NCBI GenBank assembly: GCA_949388605.1 | Contig: CASKJV010000009.1 | Span: 1,213 to 65,212, forward strand | DNA: 64,000 bases | Direction: 5' to 3' | From: an uncultured Clostridia bacterium | GTDB taxonomy: Bacteria > Bacillota > Clostridia > TANB77 > CAG-508 | Part shown: positions 45,454-56,456 of the stretch, piece by piece | How the letters are laid out: every line of letters starts with the position of its first letter | How positions within the stretch are numbered: the stretch's first letter is position 1 | Made by a program: the position numbers and the translations under genes | Notes under the pieces: model-generated | Databases searched by the model: none | What the model was told of the DNA's origin: nothing | The model's input: only the letters and a program-made list of their open reading frames with translations

Positions 45454-45536
45454 TGGTGCCTAAGGCGGGACTCGAACCCGCATGGTTTCCCGCACGATTT
45501 TGAGTCGTGTGCGTCTGCCAGTTCCGCCACTCAGGC
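45454..45536 (-). tRNA. tRNA-Leu(CAA)
   Basis: GCCTGAGTGGCGGAACTGGCAGACG...CACGA-CTCAAAA-TCGTG...GGTTCGAGTCCC...GGCACCA, long variable arm. Confidence 0.96.
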
Positions 45537-45922
45537 ATATATTTATTTCGTTTTTTATCTTAACATATATATTTAGGATTGTCTAGTTTTTTAATATAAT
45601 TTAGTTAAAATTTTATTATATTTTTAAATTTTAAATAAATTATATTTTAATAATTTATTTGATCTATTTTTTTCTAGAGTAAAATTACTAATATGAATAA
45701 AAGAGCCACTTTTAAATATATTTAAGTGACTCCTATTATTTTGTAAATCTATTAGTATGCTTATTTTAAGTTGCAAATAGATTATCTTCAGGCACCATTT
45801 TACAAAGTAAAATTGTATTCAAAATTTGCCAAAGACTTAATTATAATACCCTAATTTAAAACATTAGGGTATTACTATTTAAATATTTACTTTTTTTATT
45901 TTACATACTTTTAAATCTCTGT

Positions 45923-46297
45923 TTAACAAACTTGCAACATTTGCCTATCTAAATTTGTGTTTGACCATTCATATACTCTCTCTAATATAAAAAGATATAC
46001 AATTAACTTTCCTTTTTCTTTATAATATCTACCACAATTCATAGAACTTCGTGCGATAACAGTATCTTTATATACAACTATTCCTGTTTGTCTCCCAAAA
46101 TATCCAGATTTAATCTCTGTTTGGTATTTATTGTCATTAAAAATCACTTGATAATCAGACAATGTAATACCATAAGCACTTAATATAGCTTTAGCTTGTT
46201 TAGATTTTTCCGGAAAATTTAAATCATAATAGCTTCTTCCCTTACTCTCAATTATTTCAACTTCCCGTAATTTAATACAATAATCAAGTTTTGCCAT
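45923..46297 (-). CDS. Hypothetical protein (solitary orphan gene)
   Basis: AGGAGG RBS before ATG 46297. Confidence 0.6.
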   Translation of the reverse strand: MAKLDYCIKLREVEIIESKGRSYYDLNFPEKSKQAKAILSAYGITLSDYQVIFNDNKYQTEIKSGYFGRQTGIVVYKDTVIARSSMNCGRYYKEKGKLIVYLFILERVYEWSNTNLDRQMLQVC

Positions 46298-46461
46298 ATC
46301 TTGCCTCCTATATTTTATAATAGTAAATAATATAATATCATATTTTGCATTTTTTTTCAAGTATATATAATTGCTAAACTTTATAAATTTTTAATTAAAA
46401 TTTTGTTTTATATTTAAATATTAAATGGATAATGTATGATAGTCTTAATTACTGTATAGAT

Positions 46462-47637
46462 TTACATTATTTCATTTTTAAAACTGGTTCCATTTTCTAA
46501 TTTTGGAATTTCAAAGATATCTAATAGTGTTGCTGATATATCTGCATATGATTCTCTTATTCCTAAATCTACGTTTTGTTTTAACTTTTTCCCATATGCT
46601 ACAATTGGAATATATTCTCTAGAGTGATCTGTACTTGGTGTACTTGGATCATTTCCATGGTCTGCTGTTAATATTAATATATCTTCTTCTTTTAAGGATT
46701 CCATAATTTCTGGTAACTTTTTATCAAATTCTTCTAAAGCTTTTGCAAATCCTTCTATATTATTTCTATGACCATATAACATGTCAAAATCTACTAAATT
46801 AACAAATATTAAATCTTCTTTTGCATTTTTTATTGCATATATTGTTTTTTCAATTCCATCTGCATTTCCGTTTGTGTGTATTGCTCTATTAATTCCTCTT
46901 CCAGAATATAAATCTTCAATTTTTCCAATTGCTAGAACAGTTTTGCCATTTTCTTGGAAAGAGTCTAACATTGTTTTTCCAAAATCCTCGGCTTCAAAAT
47001 CTCTTCTATTATAAGTTCTTGTAAAATCTTCATTACAAGTTCCAACAAAAGGTCTTGCTATAATAGTTCCAATTCCATATCCTTTTTCATCTATTACTTC
47101 TCTGGAGATCTTACATAACCTATATAATTCTGATACTGGCATCATATCTTCGTGAACTGCTATTTGAAATACACTATCTGCTGATGTATATACAATTGGT
47201 TTTTCTAGTTTTATACTTTCTTCTCCATATTGTTTCAAAAAGTCTGTTCCAGATCCTTTTTTATTGCATATAAATCCTTTTATTCCAGCTCTTTTTGAAA
47301 TTTCATCTAATAATTCTTGTGGAAATCCATCATAATATGTTTTAAAAGGTTCATTTTTTATAAATCCTGTAATTTCCCAATGACCTACTGGGCTATTTTT
47401 TCCTTTAGTTTTCTCTAATGCTTTACCATATATTCCTATTGGATTTTCTTCTTTGTTATTAATACCTATATCTTGTATATTAAATAATCCTAACTTTTTC
47501 ATATTTGGAATATTTAAAGATGTATTATTATATATTCCAGCAAAAGTATTGCTTCCAACATCTCCATATTCTATAGCATCTGGTGCTTCTCCAACACCAA
47601 ACCCATCTAATACTATTATTATTGCTCTTTTTTTCAT
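46462..47637 (-). CDS. deoB: Phosphopentomutase
   Basis: VLDGFGVG, GHWE, YTSADSVFQI, NLVDFDMLYGHR, TADHGNDP, DHSRE. Confidence 0.96.
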   Translation of the reverse strand: MKKRAIIIVLDGFGVGEAPDAIEYGDVGSNTFAGIYNNTSLNIPNMKKLGLFNIQDIGINNKEENPIGIYGKALEKTKGKNSPVGHWEITGFIKNEPFKTYYDGFPQELLDEISKRAGIKGFICNKKGSGTDFLKQYGEESIKLEKPIVYTSADSVFQIAVHEDMMPVSELYRLCKISREVIDEKGYGIGTIIARPFVGTCNEDFTRTYNRRDFEAEDFGKTMLDSFQENGKTVLAIGKIEDLYSGRGINRAIHTNGNADGIEKTIYAIKNAKEDLIFVNLVDFDMLYGHRNNIEGFAKALEEFDKKLPEIMESLKEEDILILTADHGNDPSTPSTDHSREYIPIVAYGKKLKQNVDLGIRESYADISATLLDIFEIPKLENGTSFKNEIM

Positions 47638-47772
47638 TCAACTTTCTCCTTACTTTTATTTATTGAGTTAAGATAGTTAAATTCTTAATTAAATAAATTA
47701 AGTATAAAATAGTATAAAATTAAAATATACTTTTATACTATTTTATCTCAATATTATTAATTATTTTAAAAT

Positions 47773-50112
47773 TTATTTTTTAAAATCAACATCATACTCA
47801 TATACAAATACATCTTTAGATTTTGGCAAAATCAAATTTTTGCTTTCTGTAAAATAATTATTGGTTCTAAATTTATTTTTTCCTACTAAAGTAAACTCTA
47901 ATTTTTTACAATCGATTAATACATTTGATGATAAATCCATTCCTATTGGAAGTGTTTGATTTATATTATCGTAAAAAATAATATTAGAATAGTATAATAA
48001 TGGCAATCCTTCTTTAAAATTTAATTTTATTAAATTTAAAGCGCCTTCTCCATCATCATTATAATTTTCTAAAGCTTTTTCAACACTTAAATCGTATATA
48101 TCAAAATAATTTCTATTAATTTGTTCTGTTATCTGAGAAACTTTATATAAAGAAAAATCATATTCAGATTTACCTTTTGGTATTGCTCTTTCAATAAATG
48201 ATATAACACTTTGCAATTTTTCTGTAAAGTCAAATATATCTATTTTCTTATTTATATTTAGTATTTTAAATTTGCTTTTTTCATTTTCTCTATGACTTCT
48301 ACTTCCAATATATTTTAATTTTGTTGTATCATCTGCAATGTTTCCGAATATATCAAAAGTTTCACTTTCAATGTAAAGCCTATTATCATAAAATTGTTCT
48401 TTTAATTCTTCTAGTGTTTCTTCTATAGCATATTCATCTAATCTGCCTTCTCTTAACATATTTAATACAGATAAAACTTCTGTATTAGCTAAAAATACAC
48501 TATCCATTTCTTCTTTTGATAATTTTTTTCTTTGTATAGTATCTACTTTAGCTCCTAAATCTTCTAGTTCTGTTTCTATATCAAAGAATTTTTTTAGTAC
48601 AGTTTTATTTTCATTTTGTTCTTCTTCATTTCCCATTTCTAAACTTAATTTTTCATCTTTATTTGAATATTTCCAAAAATCGAAAATACTCTTTTTATGT
48701 TTATCTATTTCTTCAATATATAGTGTTGCATTTTTAACTTTTGATATTAAATTTTCTAATTTTAATTTTTGGGCTTTTAGATCTTGTTTTAGATTTTTAT
48801 AAGTTTTCTGTCCTTTTTCTAATAAAGAACATATAGTAACTAAGTCTTCAATTGTATAAAATTTCTTATTTTTGAATTCTTCACTCATTGGATCAATATT
48901 AACAACTTCACTTTCTTGAATCTCTTTATTGTTTCTAGTTAAGCTATTTTCTAAATCTTGATCATATTTTATTTTTTTATTTATTTTTGAAGATTTAAAA
49001 AAGTATTTTACTTTTCCTATAAATGTCTTTTTATATTCAAGAAATGTAGAAATTTCTTTTTGTTTTACTAAATATTCATCTTCTTTTATTTGAACTACGT
49101 CTTTTATACTTAATAGTTCTTTTTCTAATTCTTCTATTTCGATATTTTGATTTTTTATTTCTTCTTCTGCAATTTGTACTTCACTTCTAATAAAATCTGT
49201 TAACATATCATAAGTTAACCTTGTTTGTCCCATATATAATTCAAGCCCATTATTACTATCTATTTTTGTAGTAAAATTAAAATGATTTTTTATTTCTGTT
49301 TGCATTATAAATAAAGCTTTTAATAATTTATAAAATTTTAATGCTTCCTCTCTATTATTTAATTTTACTTTATAAGTACTTTTAACTTTATCATATACAT
49401 ATGTATCTCCTGTTATTTGCAATGATAGATTATTATTTTTGTCATATACTTCAAAAGATAACGCCCAATCCTTTGTAAATAGCCATAAATAATTTTCTAA
49501 ATCTGCAATCTCCATTCTATTTAAATACTCTTCTGAATAATTCATTGCATTTATTGGAACATAAATTTTAGGAGCATTTTTAGCTCTTTTTTTACAATAT
49601 TCTAATTGTAATTTTAATAAATAGAAAAATTCTGCAAATGTATCTTCTTTTGTACAAACTAACATAAAGTATAATCCAGTTGCTTCAGAATAATATATTT
49701 GCCATAAATGATCTTTATTATATTTAATTCTAAATGGTTCCTTTTTTTCCAATTCTTTTTGAATATTAGCTATATTTTCAATTTCAGGAATTGAAATTTT
49801 ATCTAACATTTTTAAAAAAGTAGTATATCTTCCTATATCTTCTTCTTTTTCAGCAGGAAGAATATATTTAAATAAAGGTACTGCTTTTGAATATTTTTCT
49901 TTTAAAGGATCTGTTCTTAGACAAGGTGTAAATAATATTTCTATTTTATCTATTGGAACATATCTAAAAACTCTATGGTCTTTATCGTTATTTAATCTAG
50001 AAACATTAAAATTTAATGGTTTATATTCTGTTAATTGTTCTGGTATTTTTTCTAAATCTAATTTTAAATATTTCAATTTTTTTTGTAAATCGCCTTTTGT
50101 AACTTTGTCCAC
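47773..50112 (-). CDS. Large hypothetical protein with central coiled coil
   Basis: 779 aa ORF, AAGGAG RBS, GTG start, host-like composition. Confidence 0.7.
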   Translation of the reverse strand: MDKVTKGDLQKKLKYLKLDLEKIPEQLTEYKPLNFNVSRLNNDKDHRVFRYVPIDKIEILFTPCLRTDPLKEKYSKAVPLFKYILPAEKEEDIGRYTTFLKMLDKISIPEIENIANIQKELEKKEPFRIKYNKDHLWQIYYSEATGLYFMLVCTKEDTFAEFFYLLKLQLEYCKKRAKNAPKIYVPINAMNYSEEYLNRMEIADLENYLWLFTKDWALSFEVYDKNNNLSLQITGDTYVYDKVKSTYKVKLNNREEALKFYKLLKALFIMQTEIKNHFNFTTKIDSNNGLELYMGQTRLTYDMLTDFIRSEVQIAEEEIKNQNIEIEELEKELLSIKDVVQIKEDEYLVKQKEISTFLEYKKTFIGKVKYFFKSSKINKKIKYDQDLENSLTRNNKEIQESEVVNIDPMSEEFKNKKFYTIEDLVTICSLLEKGQKTYKNLKQDLKAQKLKLENLISKVKNATLYIEEIDKHKKSIFDFWKYSNKDEKLSLEMGNEEEQNENKTVLKKFFDIETELEDLGAKVDTIQRKKLSKEEMDSVFLANTEVLSVLNMLREGRLDEYAIEETLEELKEQFYDNRLYIESETFDIFGNIADDTTKLKYIGSRSHRENEKSKFKILNINKKIDIFDFTEKLQSVISFIERAIPKGKSEYDFSLYKVSQITEQINRNYFDIYDLSVEKALENYNDDGEGALNLIKLNFKEGLPLLYYSNIIFYDNINQTLPIGMDLSSNVLIDCKKLEFTLVGKNKFRTNNYFTESKNLILPKSKDVFVYEYDVDFKK

Positions 50113-50286
50113 AATAAATTCTCCTTTACTTTTTCATTTTCAATCTCTTTTATTGATAATTATATTTTAATCATAAAATTTATAAACAGCAATAAAAATT
50201 TTAACTTCTACTCTTTTAATACATGCAAAGTATATCATATAAATTTTAATTTGAATAGTTAATTTAAAAGAATTTTGAACTGTAAT

Positions 50287-52506
50287 CTATTCTAATATTT
50301 CTGCCATTTTTCCAGTAAAAAAGATGTCTAATTTACTCATTGCTCTAGTAATTGCCACATATAATAATTTTATATCTAAAACATTATTCTTATATTTTTC
50401 ATTATTTACATTAAATAATATTACACTATCAAATTCTAGTCCTTTTGCCAAATATGACGGAACAATTGAAATTCCAGCATGATATTCTGAATCTTTACTC
50501 TGAATTAATTTTACATTTTTATTGTATTTTACTATTTGCTTTTTTATGCTTTTGCATTCATCAATATCCTTTCCTATAATCGCAATAGATTTAAAACCTA
50601 AATCTGTATATTCATCAATTCTTTTTATACATTCCTTTATAATTTCACTTTCTGTACTAAGTTTTTTTATATTCATTGAATTCTTTCCTTCAATAACAGG
50701 TTCACCTTTTATTATAAATTGTTTCTCAAAATCTGGTAATTTATCAATAACATTATTTGCTTTATACATTATTTCTTTGGTAGTTCTATAAGTTTTGCTA
50801 AGTGTTGTATATATTACATCTTCTTCTTGGAATTCTATATCTATAAAATTCTTCCAATTTTCAATTCCTCTATATGAATGAATTCCTTGAGCTATATCAC
50901 CAAGTACTGTCATAGAATTGCTTTTTAATATTGTTTTTAAAACACTAAATTGGAATTCTCCATAATCTTGCGCTTCATCAATAATTACATGTCTTAAATT
51001 CTTTTTAATTTTTGAACCAAATATTTTATAATGAATATAAATTATTGGTGCCAAATCTTCAAACGTTACTTCATTTTTATTTAAGTTTCTAATAGTATTT
51101 TGAACTAAATATTGAGCTAAAATTTTATTTTCAATTTTATTATAAATGTATTTTTCTATAAATTCTTTATAATATGCTACACAGTCTTTTTTTGGAATTT
51201 CATTAAAATATATATCTACAATTTTTATGTTATCATTATATATTTTTTTTAATAATTCTTCTGTTTCTTCAAATATTTCAATTCTTTTTTTTCTTTTTTC
51301 ATCATCTGTTAAATTATTATCTTTTAACATTTTATTAATTTTCAAACTTCTTTTTGCTGTAATAGTTTTAACAATTATATCTTTATTGTTTTTAATTTTT
51401 GAAAATATATGTTTTTTTACTTCCTCTATTCTTCTTTCAAAATTAAGATTTTTATATGTGTCTACAAATAATTTTTTTATATTTTCATATCTCATTATCC
51501 TAACATTTTCAATAATAAAATCTTTTTGAGGAAGATAATTACCTTCTAGTTCTTTTAAATATTCATCAACAATTTTTTTGAAATTAATAGAAGATTTAAA
51601 TTTTGATTCGCTAATAATAGTGTCTATATCTCCATTATTAATCTCATCAAATTCTTTATTTACTATAGTTACTAATTTTTCATTACTATCAGAAATTTTA
51701 AGTTTTTTCCCTATTATTTCATATGCAAAATCTTCAAAAGTGTATTGTTTTACATTTTCAACACCTAAGTCTGGTAATACATTTGAAATATAATTTAAAA
51801 AGAATTTATTTGGTGCTATTATCATAAAATTTTCTGGATCAAATTCTTTATCACAATTATAAATTAAATATGCTATTCTGTGTAATGCTATTGTAGTCTT
51901 TCCGCTTCCTGCAACCCCTTGTACAATTAATGCTGTATTCATATCTGCTCTAATTATATCATTTTGTTCTCCTTGTATAGTTGCAACTATATTTTTTAAT
52001 CTATCATCAGCCTTTTCATTAAGTGCAATTTGTAATAGTTCATCATTTGTTTTTAAATCAATATCTGAATATTTTTCAAGAATTTGATTTTCAATAAAAT
52101 ATTGTCTTTTTAGAAAGATTGTACCTTCAATAATTCCTTCTGGTGATTTATAACTGGAATTACCAATTCTTCCATCATAATAAAGATTTGAAATTGGAGC
52201 TCTCCAATCAATAATAATTGGTTTCTGGGTTTCACTATCTAGAATAGATAATTTACCTATATACAATTCTTCTTTTGGATCATTTTTTGATTTAAAATCA
52301 ATCCTTGCAAAATATGGTTTTTTCTTAATTTTTTTTAAATCAGACAATTTCTTATTATTTAAGTATGCTAAATGAGATGATACATACGAATTGTTATCAT
52401 AGTCATTTTTTGCAACATGTTCTTCCAGTTCTTTTTCTTCATCTAGTAATTGTTGCACTACCTGATTTAGTTTTTCTTTTTCTCTTAAAAATTCTTTTTC
52501 GTCCAT
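50287..52506 (-). CDS. helD: HelD-like UvrD-family ATPase (RNA polymerase recycling factor)
   Basis: PYFARIDF, IDWRAP, IVATIQ.EQ, GVAGSGKTT, IDEAQD, KGLEFD, YVAITRA. Confidence 0.85.
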   Translation of the reverse strand: MDEKEFLREKEKLNQVVQQLLDEEKELEEHVAKNDYDNNSYVSSHLAYLNNKKLSDLKKIKKKPYFARIDFKSKNDPKEELYIGKLSILDSETQKPIIIDWRAPISNLYYDGRIGNSSYKSPEGIIEGTIFLKRQYFIENQILEKYSDIDLKTNDELLQIALNEKADDRLKNIVATIQGEQNDIIRADMNTALIVQGVAGSGKTTIALHRIAYLIYNCDKEFDPENFMIIAPNKFFLNYISNVLPDLGVENVKQYTFEDFAYEIIGKKLKISDSNEKLVTIVNKEFDEINNGDIDTIISESKFKSSINFKKIVDEYLKELEGNYLPQKDFIIENVRIMRYENIKKLFVDTYKNLNFERRIEEVKKHIFSKIKNNKDIIVKTITAKRSLKINKMLKDNNLTDDEKRKKRIEIFEETEELLKKIYNDNIKIVDIYFNEIPKKDCVAYYKEFIEKYIYNKIENKILAQYLVQNTIRNLNKNEVTFEDLAPIIYIHYKIFGSKIKKNLRHVIIDEAQDYGEFQFSVLKTILKSNSMTVLGDIAQGIHSYRGIENWKNFIDIEFQEEDVIYTTLSKTYRTTKEIMYKANNVIDKLPDFEKQFIIKGEPVIEGKNSMNIKKLSTESEIIKECIKRIDEYTDLGFKSIAIIGKDIDECKSIKKQIVKYNKNVKLIQSKDSEYHAGISIVPSYLAKGLEFDSVILFNVNNEKYKNNVLDIKLLYVAITRAMSKLDIFFTGKMAEILE

Positions 52507-52873
52507 TTTACCTCCTTTGGTTTTCCTATAGATATAATTTCAAAAGGCTTTTATTTTTTGAAATTATACTAACAGTAAAATTCGTATTTCTACTAATAGA
52601 TATTTAGTTTCAAGACAATTAAATTCTTTAAACCAGAACTTTCAGTTAGAAAAGTATATTGCAATATTTTTATTTAAGTAATTTATAAAAATGTGCAATA
52701 TTTCTTTAAATTTTTCTATTATATGAATTGCAAAAAAATTTCCTATAATAGAAAACAGAAAAGACATCTACTTTGAAATCCCTTAATGTTAAGGTTTTAT
52801 TCGTTTATAGATGTCTTAATTCTTTTTTAAAACTTGTTAAGTATTATATCATATATTTTTTTTAATACAAGAT

Positions 52874-54631
52874 TTATTTAAAACTTTTAATTTCTTCTTC
52901 TATTTTGGCTATAAAATCTTCTAATTTCATGGCACCAATATCTCCTTCTTTTCTAGCACGTACTCCTACTGCATTTGCTTCTACTTCTTTATCTCCTAAA
53001 ATTAGCATATATGGAGTTTTTTGAAGTTGTGCTTCACGAATTTTATATCCAATTTTTTCTTGTCTATCATCTAACTCTACTCTTAGTCCTACTTTATTTA
53101 ACTCTTTTACTACTATATTGGCATATTCTTTTTGATTATCAGATATAGGTAAAACTTTTACTTGTACTGGTGATAACCAAACTGGAAATGCCCCTGCAAA
53201 ATGTTCTGTAATTATTCCTATAAATCTTTCAAATGATCCGAATAATGCTCTATGAATTAATATTGGTGTTTTCTTTTCTCCGTTCGAATCTATATAAGAT
53301 AAATTAAATCTAAGTGGTAATTGGAAATCAACTTGTATTGTTCCCATTTGCCATTCTCTACCTAAGCAATCTTTCATTTTAATATCTATTTTTGGACCAT
53401 AAAATGCTCCATCACCTTCATTAATCCTATATTGATTTTCTCCACATAATTCATCTAATACTGATTTTAAATTATCTTCTGCTTTATTCCATAATTCAAT
53501 ATCACCCATATAATCATCTGGTCTTGTAGATAATGTTAGTTCAAAGTCTAAACCAAATATTCCATATAAATATTTGGCAATTTCTATTATATCTTTAATT
53601 TCAGAACCAATTTGATTTTCTGTAATAAAGTTATGAGCATCATCTTGACGGAACATTCTTACTCTAAATAATCCATTTAATTGACCTGATTTTTCATTTC
53701 TATGAATAACATCTATATCATTAAATCTTAATGGCAAGTCTTTATAACTTCTTAATGTTGAAGCAAATATTTTTATTGCATTTGGACAATTCATTGGTTT
53801 TAATGCTTGTTCTTTTCCATCTGAATCTGTTAAAACAAACATATCTTCTTTATAATGATCCCAATGTCCTGATGTTTTCCATAATTCACTACTATTTAAT
53901 TGTGGTCCAGAAAATTCTAAATATCCTCTTTTTTCGTGTTCTTTTCTCCAAAAGTCTATTAAAATATTCATCATTTTGAAACCTTTTGGCATCCAATATG
54001 CCATTCCTGGAGCTGTTTCATCAAAGAAAAATAAATCTAATTCTTTTCCTAATTTTCTATGATCTCTTTTTTTAGCTTCTTCTATCATATTTAAATATTC
54101 ATCTAATTGACTAGCTTTTGGGAATGATATTCCATAAATTCTTTGAAGCATTTTGTTATGTTCATCACCTCTCCAATAAGCTCCAGAAGATGTTAATAAT
54201 TTTATTGCTTTAACAGCTCCTGTTGTTGGTAAGTGTGGTCCTCTACAAAGATCTGTAAATTCTCCTTGTTTATAAAAAGAAATAACTTCACCTTCTGGTA
54301 AATCATTAATTAGTTCTACCTTATATGGTTCTTCTTTTTCGTTCATTAATTTTAAAGCTTCTTCTCTTGGAAGCTCAAATCTTTCAATCTCTAAGTCTTC
54401 TTTAATAATTTTTTTCATTTCATCTTCAATTGCTCTTAAATCTTCTTCTGAAAATGGTTTTTCTACATCAAAATCATAATAAAATCCATTTTCTATTGAT
54501 GGACCTATTGCAACTTTTGCATTTGGAAATAGTCTTTTAACAGCTTGTGCCATAATATGAGAAGTTGTATGCCAATATAATTTTTCCTCAACTTCCGCTG
54601 TTTTTCCTCCATGTAACTTAATTTTAAACAT
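52874..54631 (-). CDS. thrS: Threonine--tRNA ligase (short N-terminus)
   Basis: HTTSH, DLCRGPH, RDHRKLG, KPMNCP, GAFYGPKID, HRALFGSFERF. Confidence 0.97.
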   Translation of the reverse strand: MFKIKLHGGKTAEVEEKLYWHTTSHIMAQAVKRLFPNAKVAIGPSIENGFYYDFDVEKPFSEEDLRAIEDEMKKIIKEDLEIERFELPREEALKLMNEKEEPYKVELINDLPEGEVISFYKQGEFTDLCRGPHLPTTGAVKAIKLLTSSGAYWRGDEHNKMLQRIYGISFPKASQLDEYLNMIEEAKKRDHRKLGKELDLFFFDETAPGMAYWMPKGFKMMNILIDFWRKEHEKRGYLEFSGPQLNSSELWKTSGHWDHYKEDMFVLTDSDGKEQALKPMNCPNAIKIFASTLRSYKDLPLRFNDIDVIHRNEKSGQLNGLFRVRMFRQDDAHNFITENQIGSEIKDIIEIAKYLYGIFGLDFELTLSTRPDDYMGDIELWNKAEDNLKSVLDELCGENQYRINEGDGAFYGPKIDIKMKDCLGREWQMGTIQVDFQLPLRFNLSYIDSNGEKKTPILIHRALFGSFERFIGIITEHFAGAFPVWLSPVQVKVLPISDNQKEYANIVVKELNKVGLRVELDDRQEKIGYKIREAQLQKTPYMLILGDKEVEANAVGVRARKEGDIGAMKLEDFIAKIEEEIKSFK

Positions 54632-54674
54632 AATAAATTCCTCCCTGCCATTATTAGCTTTAAAATTTATTTAA

Positions 54675-54908
54675 ATACAAAAAAACCCCTAGGTAGCTTT
54701 TTTGTACCTATAGGGGTAAGTTTATTTTCTCACGGTTCCACCCTACTGTTTAACTCTTAACAGATTTTAACGTATCTTACACGCCACTTTTTCAAATGGG
54801 AACTCCAAGGTAGTTTTTCAAATATGTTTTCTTAAAAGTGCTTTCAGCGTATTCACACTTTCTCTCTGTAAGTAACCTTTATTTTACTTTTCCTTTTCAT
54901 AGTTCATA
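54675..54908 (-). promoter_or_regulatory. T-box riboswitch (Thr)
   Basis: Stem I AGAGA/GCTGA motifs, ACC specifier, T-box AGGGTGGAACCGTG, terminator CCCCTA...TAGGGG-TTTTTTT. Confidence 0.9.
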
Positions 54909-54942
54909 TATACTACTTTTTTATTTTACTATTTTTTTTACA

Positions 54943-55506
54943 TTATGTCAAATATTTTTTATTTAAAGGAACATCAAAAGATACTATTGGCATTTTCGCA
55001 ATATCTATTTTATAAAAATGTAAAAAAACTCCTTGAACATCAATTGTAGTAATTTTTGATTCATCAACACCTAAAAGTTTTATCATATCTTTTACTGATT
55101 TTTCATTTTTCCCTTCAATTTCAAGATATGTTGGAATATATGGCCAAGAATCTATATCAAGTTCAACATCGTTTAAGATATATCTTGTTCTTCTATTTTG
55201 TTGATATGTATGTGCCTTATACCCTAATTCTTCTAATATGCTGTTTGTTTCTTCAAAATCTGAAACTTCAATTTCAATTTCTTTGGTTCCATCTATTTCT
55301 AAACTTGTTAATTTTTTTATTGTTAAAGTTGTTTTAGTTCCATCTGTTCTTAATCTTATCCATTTATTATTAGTTGGAGGATTAAAATTAAAAACTCTTC
55401 TTTTATATTCAAAATCTCCAATTTTTATTGCTCCCAATTTTTCCAACTGTTCTACTAACTTTTCTTTATTTATATCTAAAACCCTTACTTCATATTCTGT
55501 ATGCAT
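54943..55506 (-). CDS. CYTH-domain (class IV adenylate cyclase-like) protein
   Basis: EYEVR, WIRLR, EIEIEV, DSWP..PTYLEIEG. Confidence 0.85.
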   Translation of the reverse strand: MHTEYEVRVLDINKEKLVEQLEKLGAIKIGDFEYKRRVFNFNPPTNNKWIRLRTDGTKTTLTIKKLTSLEIDGTKEIEIEVSDFEETNSILEELGYKAHTYQQNRRTRYILNDVELDIDSWPYIPTYLEIEGKNEKSVKDMIKLLGVDESKITTIDVQGVFLHFYKIDIAKMPIVSFDVPLNKKYLT

Positions 55507-55547
55507 TTCTATCTCCTTATAATATCTTTTAATAAATTGTATCTAAT

Positions 55548-56174
55548 TTATTTAGTATCTTTTTTGTCCTTAATAGATTTTTCTTTTAACTCTTTTCTTT
55601 TATTTAATTTACCTTTTATGTCTAATGGATTTAGTGCAAATAATAAAAATAATGATGTGAAAGAAAGTGCAAAAATCTTAATTAATTCTTTTATTAATTT
55701 ATCTTTTTTAGCAACTAAATTTATAAAATATGGTATACAAAAAATTGGCATTAATATAAAAATACTAAATATTATAAATTCTAAAATTTCTCCAATTTTA
55801 ATAGTTGCTTTTTTTGTTGCTTCTCTTATTTCTGGATTCGGGTCTTTTAAAGATTTTTTCACATAAAATATATAATTGATTATTGCAATACTAATTATAG
55901 TAATTCCAAATAGTATAATTGAAATGGTTTCATTTCTATCTTCTTTATACTGATTGGCTATAATAATATAATAAATTCCTACAAATATTAAAATTGTTAA
56001 AATAATCGTTCTTGTATAAAATCTAGTAACTAAAGTTACTAGTTCATCTATACCAATTTTATTTCTTTTATGATGTTTATGAAAAATAATATAATATGTA
56101 ATTCCAATAATTACTATATATATTCCCACTAATATAGAAAATGTACTTATACTAATATTCTTTATTTCTTCCAT
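55548..56174 (-). CDS. Hypothetical membrane protein
   Basis: ~5 TM segments. Confidence 0.65.
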   Translation of the reverse strand: MEEIKNISISTFSILVGIYIVIIGITYYIIFHKHHKRNKIGIDELVTLVTRFYTRTIILTILIFVGIYYIIIANQYKEDRNETISIILFGITIISIAIINYIFYVKKSLKDPNPEIREATKKATIKIGEILEFIIFSIFILMPIFCIPYFINLVAKKDKLIKELIKIFALSFTSLFLLFALNPLDIKGKLNKRKELKEKSIKDKKDTK

Positions 56175-56456
56175 ATATTACAATTCCTTTTCTAACAATA
56201 TCCTACTAATCTATAAACATTAAGTAAAACTTTAATTTCACCATAATCTAATTTAATATTATTTATCATACCATTAAATTATAGCATAAACATCTGAGAC
56301 TTACAATTACTAAAGAAACATTTTACTTTATCATTAGTACTCTTTAAAATAAACTTTTAAAGATAATACTATAATATTAAAACTCCTAGAAATATCTAGG
56401 AGTTTTAATGTTATAAATTAACATACTCAAAATTGAATATCAAATTTATAGGTGTC

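Noticed and set aside
45379-45576. 65-aa ORF (and similarly 60184-60366)
   Set aside because: Antisense to tRNA genes
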